Of a stretch of DNA of 64,000 bases, positions 1 through 10,254 are shown piece by piece. The notes below the pieces were generated by a model. That model had not been told where the DNA came from. It ran no database searches and saw only the letters and a program-made list of their open reading frames with translations. Positions within the stretch are counted from its first letter, which is position 1. Every line of letters starts with the position of its first letter. This stretch comes from a virus (taxonomy: Duplodnaviria; Caudoviricetes). Location: the IMG/VR virus record IMGVR_UViG_3300033069_001852; one strand, given 5' to 3'. The translations under genes were made by a program, and so were the position numbers.

Positions 1-1
1 A

Positions 2-2491
2 GGATCCATAATTTCAGGAAGTTTACACACCGAAGCGACGGGATCTTTTTCGGATACGGCAGACTCCGATATAATCCTAGACTATGGGACATATCTCAGT
101 GGTTCGGTGAATGATTACGGTCGGGCCGTGGACATCCATAACCGATTATTGGGAATCGGTTATACCTACAACCGATTATTATTTCAATTTGATTCCGGAA
201 CGCTCGATATTAGTTCCTCCGGCGGCGTGGACATGTATGATTTAGGCGTTTATGACCCCGACACCGTTTCATTCCGGGAGGTTATCACTTCCGATTCCTA
301 CTCAGGTTCGGATGGTTATTACTATTTTATGGCCTCCGTGCCGCCCGGTTATTCCGCGGTTGCTTTACAACGGACAACCGATTTGGTTAATTGGAATACC
401 ATCCAAACTCTCTCCACTGACTATGAGGCCGGAGGCCAATACGCATTTCGTTTCCCGCAATCAGAATATGTTGGAAATTATCGGTTGACGGAATCCGTTG
501 ATTATGATCCTTACATTTTAACCTTGACTAATCCGGTCCCGACCGTGACTGGATCTTTCGGTTGGGCAGTCTCTATCAATGACGATTGGGTCGCAGTCGG
601 TTCTCCATTTTATAGTTCATCCCGTGGAGCGGTTCATATGTTTCGCAAATTTGGCGGCACGGCGCTCGCAAATTTAAGCTGGTCGCTTCATTCCACGATC
701 ACCGCAAGTGATGCTCAACCTGGAGATTTATTCGGATATTCCTTGGAACTAAATAGTGCGCCGGGAGTCATAAACTACACAACACGCTCCGTTGCGTATT
801 CTCAGAGTATGGTTATTGGCACTCATCGCCCAAGTGGTTCAAAGGTTTATTACTATGAGATTAGCGGCAGTGGTGGTCTTTCAGGAAGTATTAGCAGCGC
901 CAGTTGGCAAGAAACTTTTTACTTCACTCCGACCTATACTAATTTACCACTGACATATTATCCCGATGCGTATCCGATCTTATCCTCTTCCTGGGCCGGG
1001 CCCAGCCCAGTTGCGGATATGTTTGGTTATGACGTTTCCATCTATGGCGACACCGTTGCCATCGGCGCTCCATTTGATCGGTATTATTTTGAATACACCC
1101 AGTCCGCAGTTTATCAACAAGGCGCTTTCTATGTTTTTGAAAGATGTCCAGTTGCGGACTATGGATTTTCGTTGAATATGAAATCCCACGGTACGGAGGA
1201 TTCTCTTAAAAATCACCGTTTAGGTTATTCACTCGACACCTATGCGGGAAAATTGGTGGTTGGTTGTCCTAAGTTAACGACTATCCAAATGGGCTCATCA
1301 TCTCTATCGCCGTGTTATATCCAAGGTTCTTTATACCAAGCACATTTCTGTCGGACCGAAGAGGAATATCAGATCCAAGGTCAGTATTGTTATTTACAAT
1401 ACAACACCGGATCAAATCTGTGGGAGTACAACAATACTTATCAAATTAAAAAACGCTATCTTGCGCCCTATCGCAATTTCGGTTGGGGGATTGATATGTC
1501 GGATCGCTTTATCGTGGTTGGGTCACCAATGAATATCAGTGGTTCCAAACGCACAATAGACATCTATTACACCGGTAGCAACCTAAATGACTTCGATCCC
1601 ATATCGGGACAAGCTTACATTTACAACCTTGCCAATTATAAATCCGAATTTCAAGTTGGGAATGTGTTTTATCGCAATGGCAAAATTGTGATTATAACCT
1701 CCGGCTCACAATTTGATGGTTTGTTTTTCAATCCCATATCCGATGCTGACTATCAATACGATCTGATGTTTCATAACAAGCAGACGTTACACGAAAAACA
1801 AATTATTTGCTCTGTGGAACCAGGGGAATTTAATGTCAGTACCAATCCAAGCTCCACCTCCATAACTAGGTCTCTGTTTGATATCAATCAGAACGGGGTT
1901 TTTGATTTTCAAGATGTTGATGTGTTGTTGATGTATATGAACTACAAACGTACGGAGGGGGATAGTGATCAGAACTCAAACTGGTCTGCTTCCGTTTTGA
2001 TCGCCGATGACGAAATCTGTTGGCACGATTATTTGAAAAACTCCGGAAATTTTTATGGGACAAACGAATTGTATAGTTCCAGTTTTGCGTGGTTAAATAC
2101 AACTGCGATGTATTCGGCACTGGATTTTAATCAAGATAATATCATCGATGTCAATGACCAAAATATTCTGTGGAAGTATTTTTCCAATCGTTTAAATCAA
2201 ACTAATTTTGATAAATATCTGACAACAAATTCCTCCCAACGGCTTTATAGTTCGACCGTCGATCAGTTAAATGCCAAAACCAATCGCAATCACTTACCCA
2301 CCATCCGTTCCGAATTTTTTGATTATGATCGGTTAAGCAAAAATGATCAGACGGGATCTTATTTGACTCCCTATGTGACTTCCATCGGCCTTTATCAGGA
2401 TGGTGAACTGGCTGCAATTGCTAAATTAGGTAGTCCCATTAAACTATTGCCTGATTATCCCTATAACTTTGTAGTGAAAATGGATTTTTAA
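2..2491 (+). CDS. 5'-partial virion structural protein (baseplate/tail-associated) with FG-GAP-like beta-propeller repeats and a dockerin-like double EF-hand
   Basis: The frame is open from position 2, so the gene starts upstream of the window. Repeats FGWAVSI..VAVGSP, FGYSLEL, FGYDVSI..VAIGAP, LGYSLD..LVVGCP, FGWGID..IVVGSP. EF-hand-like DINQNGVFDFQD and DFNQDNIIDVND. The C-terminal YVTSIGLY..GELAAIAKLGSPIK..FVVKMDF resembles phage baseplate/tail-collar-type termini. Confidence 0.6.
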   Translation, partial: GSIISGSLHTEATGSFSDTADSDIILDYGTYLSGSVNDYGRAVDIHNRLLGIGYTYNRLLFQFDSGTLDISSSGGVDMYDLGVYDPDTVSFREVITSDSYSGSDGYYYFMASVPPGYSAVALQRTTDLVNWNTIQTLSTDYEAGGQYAFRFPQSEYVGNYRLTESVDYDPYILTLTNPVPTVTGSFGWAVSINDDWVAVGSPFYSSSRGAVHMFRKFGGTALANLSWSLHSTITASDAQPGDLFGYSLELNSAPGVINYTTRSVAYSQSMVIGTHRPSGSKVYYYEISGSGGLSGSISSASWQETFYFTPTYTNLPLTYYPDAYPILSSSWAGPSPVADMFGYDVSIYGDTVAIGAPFDRYYFEYTQSAVYQQGAFYVFERCPVADYGFSLNMKSHGTEDSLKNHRLGYSLDTYAGKLVVGCPKLTTIQMGSSSLSPCYIQGSLYQAHFCRTEEEYQIQGQYCYLQYNTGSNLWEYNNTYQIKKRYLAPYRNFGWGIDMSDRFIVVGSPMNISGSKRTIDIYYTGSNLNDFDPISGQAYIYNLANYKSEFQVGNVFYRNGKIVIITSGSQFDGLFFNPISDADYQYDLMFHNKQTLHEKQIICSVEPGEFNVSTNPSSTSITRSLFDINQNGVFDFQDVDVLLMYMNYKRTEGDSDQNSNWSASVLIADDEICWHDYLKNSGNFYGTNELYSSSFAWLNTTAMYSALDFNQDNIIDVNDQNILWKYFSNRLNQTNFDKYLTTNSSQRLYSSTVDQLNAKTNRNHLPTIRSEFFDYDRLSKNDQTGSYLTPYVTSIGLYQDGELAAIAKLGSPIKLLPDYPYNFVVKMDF

Positions 2492-2545
2492 GAAATTGTA
2501 GAAAAAATGTTTAAACGAAAAAGGTATGAATTGCCCTGAGAGTTA

Positions 2546-2553
2546 TATTTATA
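2546..2553 (+). promoter_or_regulatory. TATTTATA putative late promoter motif (first of 17 copies)
   Basis: Recurrent motif on the coding strand upstream of gene starts; see findings. Confidence 0.6.
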
Positions 2554-2571
2554 TAGTAAGGATAATGATAT

Positions 2572-2820
2572 ATGACACCAACCGCACGACCATCAACTGA
2601 AAATAATCTAGCTCAACGTTATAACTCCCAGAAAGCTGGCGGAGCCTACGACGCTAAAACTATTGGTAAGTGGGGGCTGCATGCGCCAGTGGAAAATTCT
2701 CTCCAGTCACGCTTTTGGACTCCTCTTGGATTCCGGGTCAAAATGAATTCTAGCGAATTTAATAATCCCGGAGGATCTATGTATTTACAAGGTCACACGA
2801 CCAAAAAATACAAGCCGTAA
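2572..2820 (+). CDS. Hypothetical protein (82 aa)
   Basis: ATG-started ORF filling the gap, preceded by the TATTTATA motif. Confidence 0.7.
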   Translation: MTPTARPSTENNLAQRYNSQKAGGAYDAKTIGKWGLHAPVENSLQSRFWTPLGFRVKMNSSEFNNPGGSMYLQGHTTKKYKP

Positions 2821-2836
2821 ATCCATTCAAAAAGTT

Positions 2837-3262
2837 ATGTCATTTGGGCACTGGAAACTTCCAGAAAATTTAAAAGCTATTCCCACGGAGGCTATTGGTT
2901 TCGTTTATGTTATTACCAATACTCTCACCAATCGCAGATACGTCGGGAAAAAATTGTTGGTTAACAAAAAGAAACGAAAACCGCTAAAAGGGCGGGTTAA
3001 TTCCCGACGGTATACCATCGAATCTGACTGGAAGTCTTACACTGGATCCTCCCCCATTCTCAACGAAGATGTTATAAAATATGGTAAAGACAAGTTCGTT
3101 TTTGAAATTTTATCTTTTCACCCCTCCAAACTTTTGTTAGCTTATTGGGAAACCAAGACCCTAGTTGATCGCAATGCGATTTTTAGTGACGAATACTATA
3201 ATGAGGTACTTAATTTAAGAATTCGCAATCGGAAAGCGGTCAATAACGTTATTTTAAGTTGA
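2837..3262 (+). CDS. GIY-YIG nuclease (Seg-like, catalytic domain only)
   Basis: GFVYVITN...RRYVGKK, W..YTGSS, conserved E (WET) and YYN. Confidence 0.8.
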   Translation: MSFGHWKLPENLKAIPTEAIGFVYVITNTLTNRRYVGKKLLVNKKKRKPLKGRVNSRRYTIESDWKSYTGSSPILNEDVIKYGKDKFVFEILSFHPSKLLLAYWETKTLVDRNAIFSDEYYNEVLNLRIRNRKAVNNVILS

Positions 3263-3288
3263 TGTTAGTCGGAGGTAGACCGTACAAT
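3259..3288 (+). promoter_or_regulatory. Sigma70-like promoter for the primase operon
   Basis: TTGATG-18 nt-TACAAT, with the ATG 7 nt downstream. Confidence 0.4.
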
Positions 3289-3295
3289 CCCCTTC

Positions 3296-4240
3296 ATGTC
3301 AATAGACCAGACAAAGCTTCTTTCATTGTTAAATGAAGTGTTCAATCAACAAGCCAAAATCCGAAAAGGGGTAGAGGCGGTGTATTTTTGTCCGTTTTGT
3401 CATCATTATAAGCCCAAGTTAGAGGTAAATCTTAATGTTCAGAAATGGCATTGTTGGACATGTAATACCTCCGGAATGTCTTTCCGCAGCCTTTTTAAAA
3501 AATTAAATGTAGCTAGGTCATATTTTACGCGGCTCTACGACATAACCAAGGACAAAAGGTTAAATATAGAGGCCCCAGATGACATTAAAAAGGAACATAA
3601 ACAGCTCCCAGACACCTTCATTCCCTTGGCCGATGGGTTTTGGGGTGGAACATATGCTTCCCCCCACCGAAAATCGGCTATGTCCTATCTACGGAAAAGA
3701 AATGTCACGGATGAAGACATTCTGAGATATAATATTGGATATGCGGAAGCTGGGGAGTATCAGAATAGGATCATTATCCCATCTTATGATAAAGACGGGA
3801 ATTTGAACTTTTTCTCATCCAGAGCTTTTTATGAAGCTATGACTATGTCACATAAACTTCCTGACTGGAGCAAGGATGTAATCGGATTTGAATTGTTTAT
3901 CAATTGGGCTGAGGATATTACTTTAGTGGAGGGTAGTTTTGACGCTTTAGCTATTCGGAAAAACGCTATCCCCCTGTTTGGGAAAACTATGAGTTTTTCG
4001 CTGAAGGAAGCGATTATTCGGGAAGGGGTTGGCCGGGTCAATATTATATTGGATAACGACGCTCGGGGTGCGGCCATCAAAATCCAAGAATTTTTGACCG
4101 CTCAAGAGATCGACTCACATTTGATTAAACTTGAAGAAAAAGACCCATCCATACTGGGGTTCGGTAGGATAAGCGAAATTATACAAGATTCCAAACCATC
4201 CGATTTTCACAACATCATTTCTATGAAACTATTCGAATAA
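3296..4240 (+). CDS. DNA primase (zinc-binding domain + TOPRIM)
   Basis: CPFC...WHCWTC zinc finger; YLRKR; RIIIP; VEGSFD and LDNDA TOPRIM motifs; KDP. Confidence 0.9.
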   Translation: MSIDQTKLLSLLNEVFNQQAKIRKGVEAVYFCPFCHHYKPKLEVNLNVQKWHCWTCNTSGMSFRSLFKKLNVARSYFTRLYDITKDKRLNIEAPDDIKKEHKQLPDTFIPLADGFWGGTYASPHRKSAMSYLRKRNVTDEDILRYNIGYAEAGEYQNRIIIPSYDKDGNLNFFSSRAFYEAMTMSHKLPDWSKDVIGFELFINWAEDITLVEGSFDALAIRKNAIPLFGKTMSFSLKEAIIREGVGRVNIILDNDARGAAIKIQEFLTAQEIDSHLIKLEEKDPSILGFGRISEIIQDSKPSDFHNIISMKLFE

Positions 4241-4241
4241 T

Positions 4242-7200
4242 ATGCCCATTACCAAATTAAAAACCGATATTGCTAAAGTTTCGCACATCGTCCATGTGGC
4301 CGACATCCACATTCGACTTAATAAAAGAAATGAAGAATATCGTGGAGTGTTTGATAAATTATATGAAGAAATAGCTAAAACACCGGCTAGCACCGTTATT
4401 GCGGTCTTGGGCGATGTCTTTCACAATAAATCGGAAATGGCGCCGGAGGGAATTCAGTTAGCCAAGGATTTTTTGTATACTCTCGCGGAAATGCGTCCGG
4501 TGATTTTAATTGCGGGAAACCACGATGCGACATTGACTAACCGCAATCGGCTTGATTGTTTAAGTCCTCTGGTCGACGCGCTTAATCACAAAAACATCCA
4601 CTACCTCCGTGATTCGGGATTGTACAGTTTTGGGAATGTGTTGTTTAATAATATGGGCGTGTTCGATCCGGTCGAAAAATATCTTCGGTTCAAGGATATT
4701 CCAACCGTTCACAAAAATTCCCACGAACATTTTATTGCGTTGTTCCACGGTCCGGTAAACAATGCGCTGACTGATCTTGGGTATACCATCTCCAGTAAAT
4801 CCTACCCCACCGCTTTATTTGATGGACATGAAATCGCCTTGCTAGGCGATATTCATATGAAGCAGGATTTACAATTATATGACCCGGATGAAGGTCAACC
4901 TTTTATTCATTACGCGGGATCGTTGATTCAACAAAATCACGGCGAAGATTTAAAAGGACATGGGTTCAGTTTGTGGGATCTGGGTAAAGTTTCATATACC
5001 CACGTTGAAATTCCAAACGAATACGGACATTTCACCATTGACGTAGAAAAAGGAAAACTAAATACCGATTTAGCGAATATACCAAAAAAAGCGCGGTTGA
5101 GAATTCGTTGCTTTGAGTCGGTCGCCACCGAAGTAAAAGCGGTTCTGTCCAGTGTGCGTAAGGTCGCGGATATAACAGATGTCATTTACGTGCGGGTAAC
5201 ATCCCCTACCGATCAAAAAACCATCAAAGCTGGAGCCATTTTATCGGGTGATTTATCCGACACAGAATATCAAAATTCATTGATCACCGACCATCTTAAA
5301 AAACAAATGAAAGTGGTGGACAAACCGACCATTGAAAGTGTGCTCAAGGTGAACAAGGTTATAAATAACCAAGTTAAAAAGGATGGGTTTAGCCGAAACA
5401 TTCGTTGGAAACCAAAGCTATTTGAATTTGACAATATGTTTTCTTACGGAGAGGGGAATGTCATAGACTTTTCCAAGCTCAGCGAAGTTGTCGGTTTATT
5501 TGCTGCGAATGCGTCAGGAAAATCAAGCGTCTTATCTGCTCTAATTTTTTGTATCTTTGACAAGTGTGATAAAGCATACAAAGCTAGTTTCATTTTGAAC
5601 AATCAAAAAATGAGCTTCCGGTGTAAGTTCAATTTTGAAATCGACGGGATCAATTATTTCATTGAACGTGGAGGGAAAGCGGACAAGAAGGGAAATGTCC
5701 CCGTAACGGTAAAGTTTTGGAAAGAAGAAAACGGAGAAGAAATTGAACTTCACGGGGAAGGCCGGCGGGATACCAACGAAGTTATCCGTGATTACCTTGG
5801 AAGTTATGACGATTTTCTTCTAACGACTCTATCGGTTCAAAACGCAAAAAATTCAAATTCGTTTATTGATATGGGTCACTCCGAACGTAAGGATTTGTTG
5901 AGCCAATTTATCGGCCTAACAATTTTTGATCGGTTATATAGTGTCTCCAATGAAAAACTTAAAGAACTGACGGTTTTGTTAAAGGAATACAAAAATGACG
6001 ACTTTACTAAAAAGTTAGTAGAATTAAATAATGCGTTGGGGAATTCTCAAAGTTTATATAACACTTCCCATATCGAATTGAATCGGTTAGCTTCCGAACG
6101 TGAAGAGGTAAATTTAAAAATTGTTGATGTTTCTAAAGGATTTGTCAATACGGACAATAAAGTCGTAGATCTGGCCGCAGCGGAAAAATCAAAGTCAGAT
6201 TTAATTCAGAGAATAGAAAAGGAACAACGTTCTCTCCTCGGTTATACCCAAGCCTCAGTCACGTTACAAAAATCAATCGATGGCTTTCAGAAAGTCATCA
6301 CCGAACTGGCTCATAAAAATGTTGAGACGATTTACATCCAATTCTCCGAAGCTGAAATTCTTTGGCGGGATTTGAAAAATTCCGTGGATAAAAAGAAGAT
6401 TGAAGTGCGTTCCAAATTAGATAAATTGGACAAGTTAAATAAACACGAATATGATCCAAATTGTAAATATTGTGTTAATAACGAATTCGTCAAAGACGCA
6501 TTGCGCACAAAAGAGGAATTGCCTCAGGAAAAACTGGCCGCTGCCAAGTTAATTGAACGGCTTCAACAGATCAGTAAGAAAAAGGATGATTTGGCCTGGG
6601 TGGTGGCTGATCATAAATTACTCCTCACAACTCGCGAAAATTTAGTTCAGAGTAAGGATGATTTTAATGATGAATTGGCAAAAATAACCAAATCTGAAAC
6701 CTTGATCGTGCGCTTGGCGGCAGAACGGGATGCGATCACCAGAGACATTGAGTTTTATCACAATCACCAAAAAGACATCGAATCCAATAAACAAATTCAA
6801 AAAGAAGTGGAAGTCCTAAATCAGAAATTGAGAAATGTCGCTCACACCCACAAGACCGTGAACCAAACAATCTTGGATTTGAATGGCAAACTTACGGTGT
6901 TAAAAACTCAGATCGAAGAGATAAAAAAGAAAGTGGAAAAGGCTAAATCCATCGAAGATGAATATGAATCTTATAGCCTGTATGTCCAATGTGTCGGTCG
7001 GGACGGAATTCCCTATGAAGTTATCTCCGCAACAGTTCCGGAAATTGAACGGGAAGTGAATAATATTCTCAGCCAAATCGTTGAATTTTCCGTGGAATTG
7101 GAATCGGATGGTAAAAACATCACTCCGTTCATTGTCTATGAGAAAAATCGCTGGGCCTTGGAACTATCCAGTGGCCTTGAGAGATTCATTTCGTCCTTGG

Positions 7201-7442
7201 CCATTCGGGTAGCGTTGATTAACATTTCCAATCTACCACGGATGAATGCGATTGTAATCGACGAAGGGTTTGGGTGCGCAGATGCGGACAACCTCGCAGC
7301 GATGAACACCCTATTTGATTACCTGAAAACTCAATTTGACTTCGTTTTAATCATCTCCCACCTTGATGCGCTTAAGGATATGGTGGATAAACACATCGAA
7401 ATCAAGAAAGAAAACGGGTTTTCCAAAGTTAACTTCGTATAA
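4242..7442 (+). CDS. Fused Mre11/SbcD nuclease-Rad50/SbcC ATPase (T4 gp47+gp46-like) recombination complex
   Basis: N-terminal metallophosphoesterase motifs ADIH, GDVFH, GNHD, GDIH, YAGS. C-terminal Walker A NASGKS, coiled coil with CKYC zinc hook, signature LSSGLE, Walker B IDEGFG and IISH. Confidence 0.92.
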   Translation: MPITKLKTDIAKVSHIVHVADIHIRLNKRNEEYRGVFDKLYEEIAKTPASTVIAVLGDVFHNKSEMAPEGIQLAKDFLYTLAEMRPVILIAGNHDATLTNRNRLDCLSPLVDALNHKNIHYLRDSGLYSFGNVLFNNMGVFDPVEKYLRFKDIPTVHKNSHEHFIALFHGPVNNALTDLGYTISSKSYPTALFDGHEIALLGDIHMKQDLQLYDPDEGQPFIHYAGSLIQQNHGEDLKGHGFSLWDLGKVSYTHVEIPNEYGHFTIDVEKGKLNTDLANIPKKARLRIRCFESVATEVKAVLSSVRKVADITDVIYVRVTSPTDQKTIKAGAILSGDLSDTEYQNSLITDHLKKQMKVVDKPTIESVLKVNKVINNQVKKDGFSRNIRWKPKLFEFDNMFSYGEGNVIDFSKLSEVVGLFAANASGKSSVLSALIFCIFDKCDKAYKASFILNNQKMSFRCKFNFEIDGINYFIERGGKADKKGNVPVTVKFWKEENGEEIELHGEGRRDTNEVIRDYLGSYDDFLLTTLSVQNAKNSNSFIDMGHSERKDLLSQFIGLTIFDRLYSVSNEKLKELTVLLKEYKNDDFTKKLVELNNALGNSQSLYNTSHIELNRLASEREEVNLKIVDVSKGFVNTDNKVVDLAAAEKSKSDLIQRIEKEQRSLLGYTQASVTLQKSIDGFQKVITELAHKNVETIYIQFSEAEILWRDLKNSVDKKKIEVRSKLDKLDKLNKHEYDPNCKYCVNNEFVKDALRTKEELPQEKLAAAKLIERLQQISKKKDDLAWVVADHKLLLTTRENLVQSKDDFNDELAKITKSETLIVRLAAERDAITRDIEFYHNHQKDIESNKQIQKEVEVLNQKLRNVAHTHKTVNQTILDLNGKLTVLKTQIEEIKKKVEKAKSIEDEYESYSLYVQCVGRDGIPYEVISATVPEIEREVNNILSQIVEFSVELESDGKNITPFIVYEKNRWALELSSGLERFISSLAIRVALINISNLPRMNAIVIDEGFGCADADNLAAMNTLFDYLKTQFDFVLIISHLDALKDMVDKHIEIKKENGFSKVNFV

Positions 7443-7474
7443 AATAACCAAAATTTCATATACTTATATGGTGT

Positions 7475-10240
7475 ATGAATTTACTGCCATCGTTTGGTAA
7501 GCGTGGACCGGTTTTAAACCTGCTTACCAAAAAAGTTGATATCGAAGATACCGCTGATTCTTCGAAATACTTTGTTATAACTGAAATCGACACCGTTTTT
7601 ACAGCTGGAAGAAATCCTGTTGCTTTTAACGGGTCATCTTTACTTAAAGATAAATCTGAAGTTCAGATTGAGTGTATTGATTCGAATGGCAATTCCCTTT
7701 ACTTCGAGCAGGCTAAATCAAAAATTGCTCAATTTACCGACGTGTCAAATTTCGTCGTGTCATTTCACGTTTATGGCGATTCATATAATGGCCCGGCCAA
7801 ACTGGTTTTCGTAGGCATAACAATCGATAATCGGTTGGTGCGGTGGGTACGAAATATAACCATTGACAAAACTCTTACCAACTCTAAAAAAGTAAGATTT
7901 TACAATGAACCAACATTAGAGATTAGACCATTGTTATATCCCGTCGTCGATCTGGGCCTGGCCTCCGAAGTTGATGTGGCGACCGTATATCGTCAAGCAA
8001 CCGCAACCGCAACCGTTATCGGTTTTGTCAGTTCGATAACATTTATTTCTCCGGGATTTAAGGGGTCAGGATATACATCAGCGCCAGGAATAGTCATCGG
8101 CGCACCCACAGGACCCAATCCCCGCCAGGCCACCGCGACATGTACTTTATCCGGCGATTATGTCGCCTCCGTCACCATCACCGACGCGGGGCGGGGCTAT
8201 ATTACTTCTCCCGCCATTACATTCGTCGGTGGGGGATTTGTTGTTCAGGCCACCGCACAGGTTAATATTACCAATCAAATTAACACCATCGCCGTAACCT
8301 CAGGCGGACTTGGCTACACCACTATTCCCGGAATAACTTTCACCGGCGGTTCAGGCGCAGGCGCGGTAGCCCACGCTACTATTTCTGGTGGCAAGGTAAC
8401 GGCAATAACTATTGATGACAATGGCGATGGGTATGTGTCAGCTCCGGATATTGTCATTGACGATCCGACGCCAACGACCGCGGCGGATTTGAATGTCGCA
8501 TTAACTTTTCAATCACAATTCTATTCTTATCCGGTTAATCCATTAGCCGACACGAACCAAGCATTGGTTAATAAAAAACGAACGGAGATTGATTATCGAA
8601 TTGTTAATTCCGGGATATCTGATGCGGATTTATCTCCGGGATTAATTCAGACCGGATCCTTTAATGCGCAGATGGAAGGGCGTGACATAACCCTTACCAT
8701 CGCGAAAATAAAATTGCCTCTGTCGCATAAAGAAGTGAACGTCAATTTGACCGAAACTTTCAAGGTTAAAAAGGTTGTCGATACAAAAACTTTAGTATTG
8801 AATGATCCGTTTTATTACCGTGTTGGTAATAGCAAATTCGTAGCGACGATTATCTCCGGATCGTGTTCTATTCCATACAACTATATAAAATACAATACTA
8901 ATCCTGATTCTAGTCTGACAACCTTCCCGTCTGGCGCCCATGCGCCCGTTAATGTCAAGGAGTCTTACGTAGAAGCCACCTATCGAAACATAAAACCATT
9001 TTCCGGTTTTATCGCGCGGCATAAGTTATATCGGCGCAGTTTGTTTTATCCTGGAGAGTTTCAACAAATTTCCGACGAACCATTGAATGCGGTGGAATTG
9101 TTGACGGACACCGTAACGTTTAATCGTGCGTACTATCGATTGGGAACGTTTTATCACCAATTTCATATCAACAAATATTGGTTTTCGAGTTCCGCTGACA
9201 TAACCCTTCAGGCTAAATCATCTCCACTCAATTCAATGTACATTGATTGTGGCGCACCCAAAAACGCGGATGGTTCCAAATATGTTTTGGTAAAAACCGA
9301 CACCATTGGTAGTGTAAACGATAATAATTATTACCCTTATAATTCGACGGAATATAACTCTCTCTCAGGTTCATCATACAATTCCAATTTCATAAATCTC
9401 AAAAAGGATTCTCTCCACGCTCTTCAATCAGGAATTATTATTGAAAAAGATATCCGGGCAACCGATGCGAAGGTTAGTTTTTATTTCACAAGCTCAGTGG
9501 CTTCCATTGCCCAAGAACCAACCTATGATCCTGTATATGGATTGAAAATTGGAGAAATAAGCACTCAGGAACTGACTTCAAAGAAATTTTTCAATCAACC
9601 TCAGACATTGTATTTTACTCCGCAAGACGATTATTTCGGAACTCTAAAAATTGTTCCCTATAAATGTAATGTTACTTTATCCGATCTCTCTTTAAAAGCT
9701 TACGGCGACACTGGATTTTCTCCGGAAGTTCTTGTTATTCGGGTTCCTTGCCCCCTAAATGTGGCAAACGAAGCTTTTGAATTCCGGGCTGAGTTATATG
9801 ATATCAATCACATTCTCATCCCAACCGAATTAAAAGCGACGGAGGGGGTAGATCCGGATGGGATCAGTTTATTGGGTAGTGACCACTTAGGTCAGGTTTT
9901 GGTCGTCAATAATAATAACACAACCATAACTTCAACTGCGGAAAGTTTCACCATTAATAACAATTTATATCTTCCCCATCTTGTTACAAATTGTTCCCCT
10001 ACTGATTATAATCGGTTAGTCACCTGGAACGGTTTAACGGGCGCTTTAGAAAGAACCCCCATCATCAACGTCAGTCACGATAGCGAATACATTACTTTAC
10101 GTACAGGATCGTGTAAATCGTTCCTCGTGACGCCAGTGGAGGGGAAATCGGTTAATGTAGCGTTTGATGGTTCCACGGGGGGCCGGCAAATCTATTGGTC
10201 AGCGGGCGTGATAAAAACTGTAGTGTCATCGTCAATTTGA
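7475..10240 (+). CDS. Large virion structural protein (probable baseplate/tail component)
   Basis: 921 aa and beta-rich, with about four tandem GxGY(T/I/V)xxPxIxF/I repeats typical of phage virion proteins; TACTTATA upstream. Confidence 0.55.
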   Translation: MNLLPSFGKRGPVLNLLTKKVDIEDTADSSKYFVITEIDTVFTAGRNPVAFNGSSLLKDKSEVQIECIDSNGNSLYFEQAKSKIAQFTDVSNFVVSFHVYGDSYNGPAKLVFVGITIDNRLVRWVRNITIDKTLTNSKKVRFYNEPTLEIRPLLYPVVDLGLASEVDVATVYRQATATATVIGFVSSITFISPGFKGSGYTSAPGIVIGAPTGPNPRQATATCTLSGDYVASVTITDAGRGYITSPAITFVGGGFVVQATAQVNITNQINTIAVTSGGLGYTTIPGITFTGGSGAGAVAHATISGGKVTAITIDDNGDGYVSAPDIVIDDPTPTTAADLNVALTFQSQFYSYPVNPLADTNQALVNKKRTEIDYRIVNSGISDADLSPGLIQTGSFNAQMEGRDITLTIAKIKLPLSHKEVNVNLTETFKVKKVVDTKTLVLNDPFYYRVGNSKFVATIISGSCSIPYNYIKYNTNPDSSLTTFPSGAHAPVNVKESYVEATYRNIKPFSGFIARHKLYRRSLFYPGEFQQISDEPLNAVELLTDTVTFNRAYYRLGTFYHQFHINKYWFSSSADITLQAKSSPLNSMYIDCGAPKNADGSKYVLVKTDTIGSVNDNNYYPYNSTEYNSLSGSSYNSNFINLKKDSLHALQSGIIIEKDIRATDAKVSFYFTSSVASIAQEPTYDPVYGLKIGEISTQELTSKKFFNQPQTLYFTPQDDYFGTLKIVPYKCNVTLSDLSLKAYGDTGFSPEVLVIRVPCPLNVANEAFEFRAELYDINHILIPTELKATEGVDPDGISLLGSDHLGQVLVVNNNNTTITSTAESFTINNNLYLPHLVTNCSPTDYNRLVTWNGLTGALERTPIINVSHDSEYITLRTGSCKSFLVTPVEGKSVNVAFDGSTGGRQIYWSAGVIKTVVSSSI

Positions 10241-10254
10241 CCGTATTTATGTGT

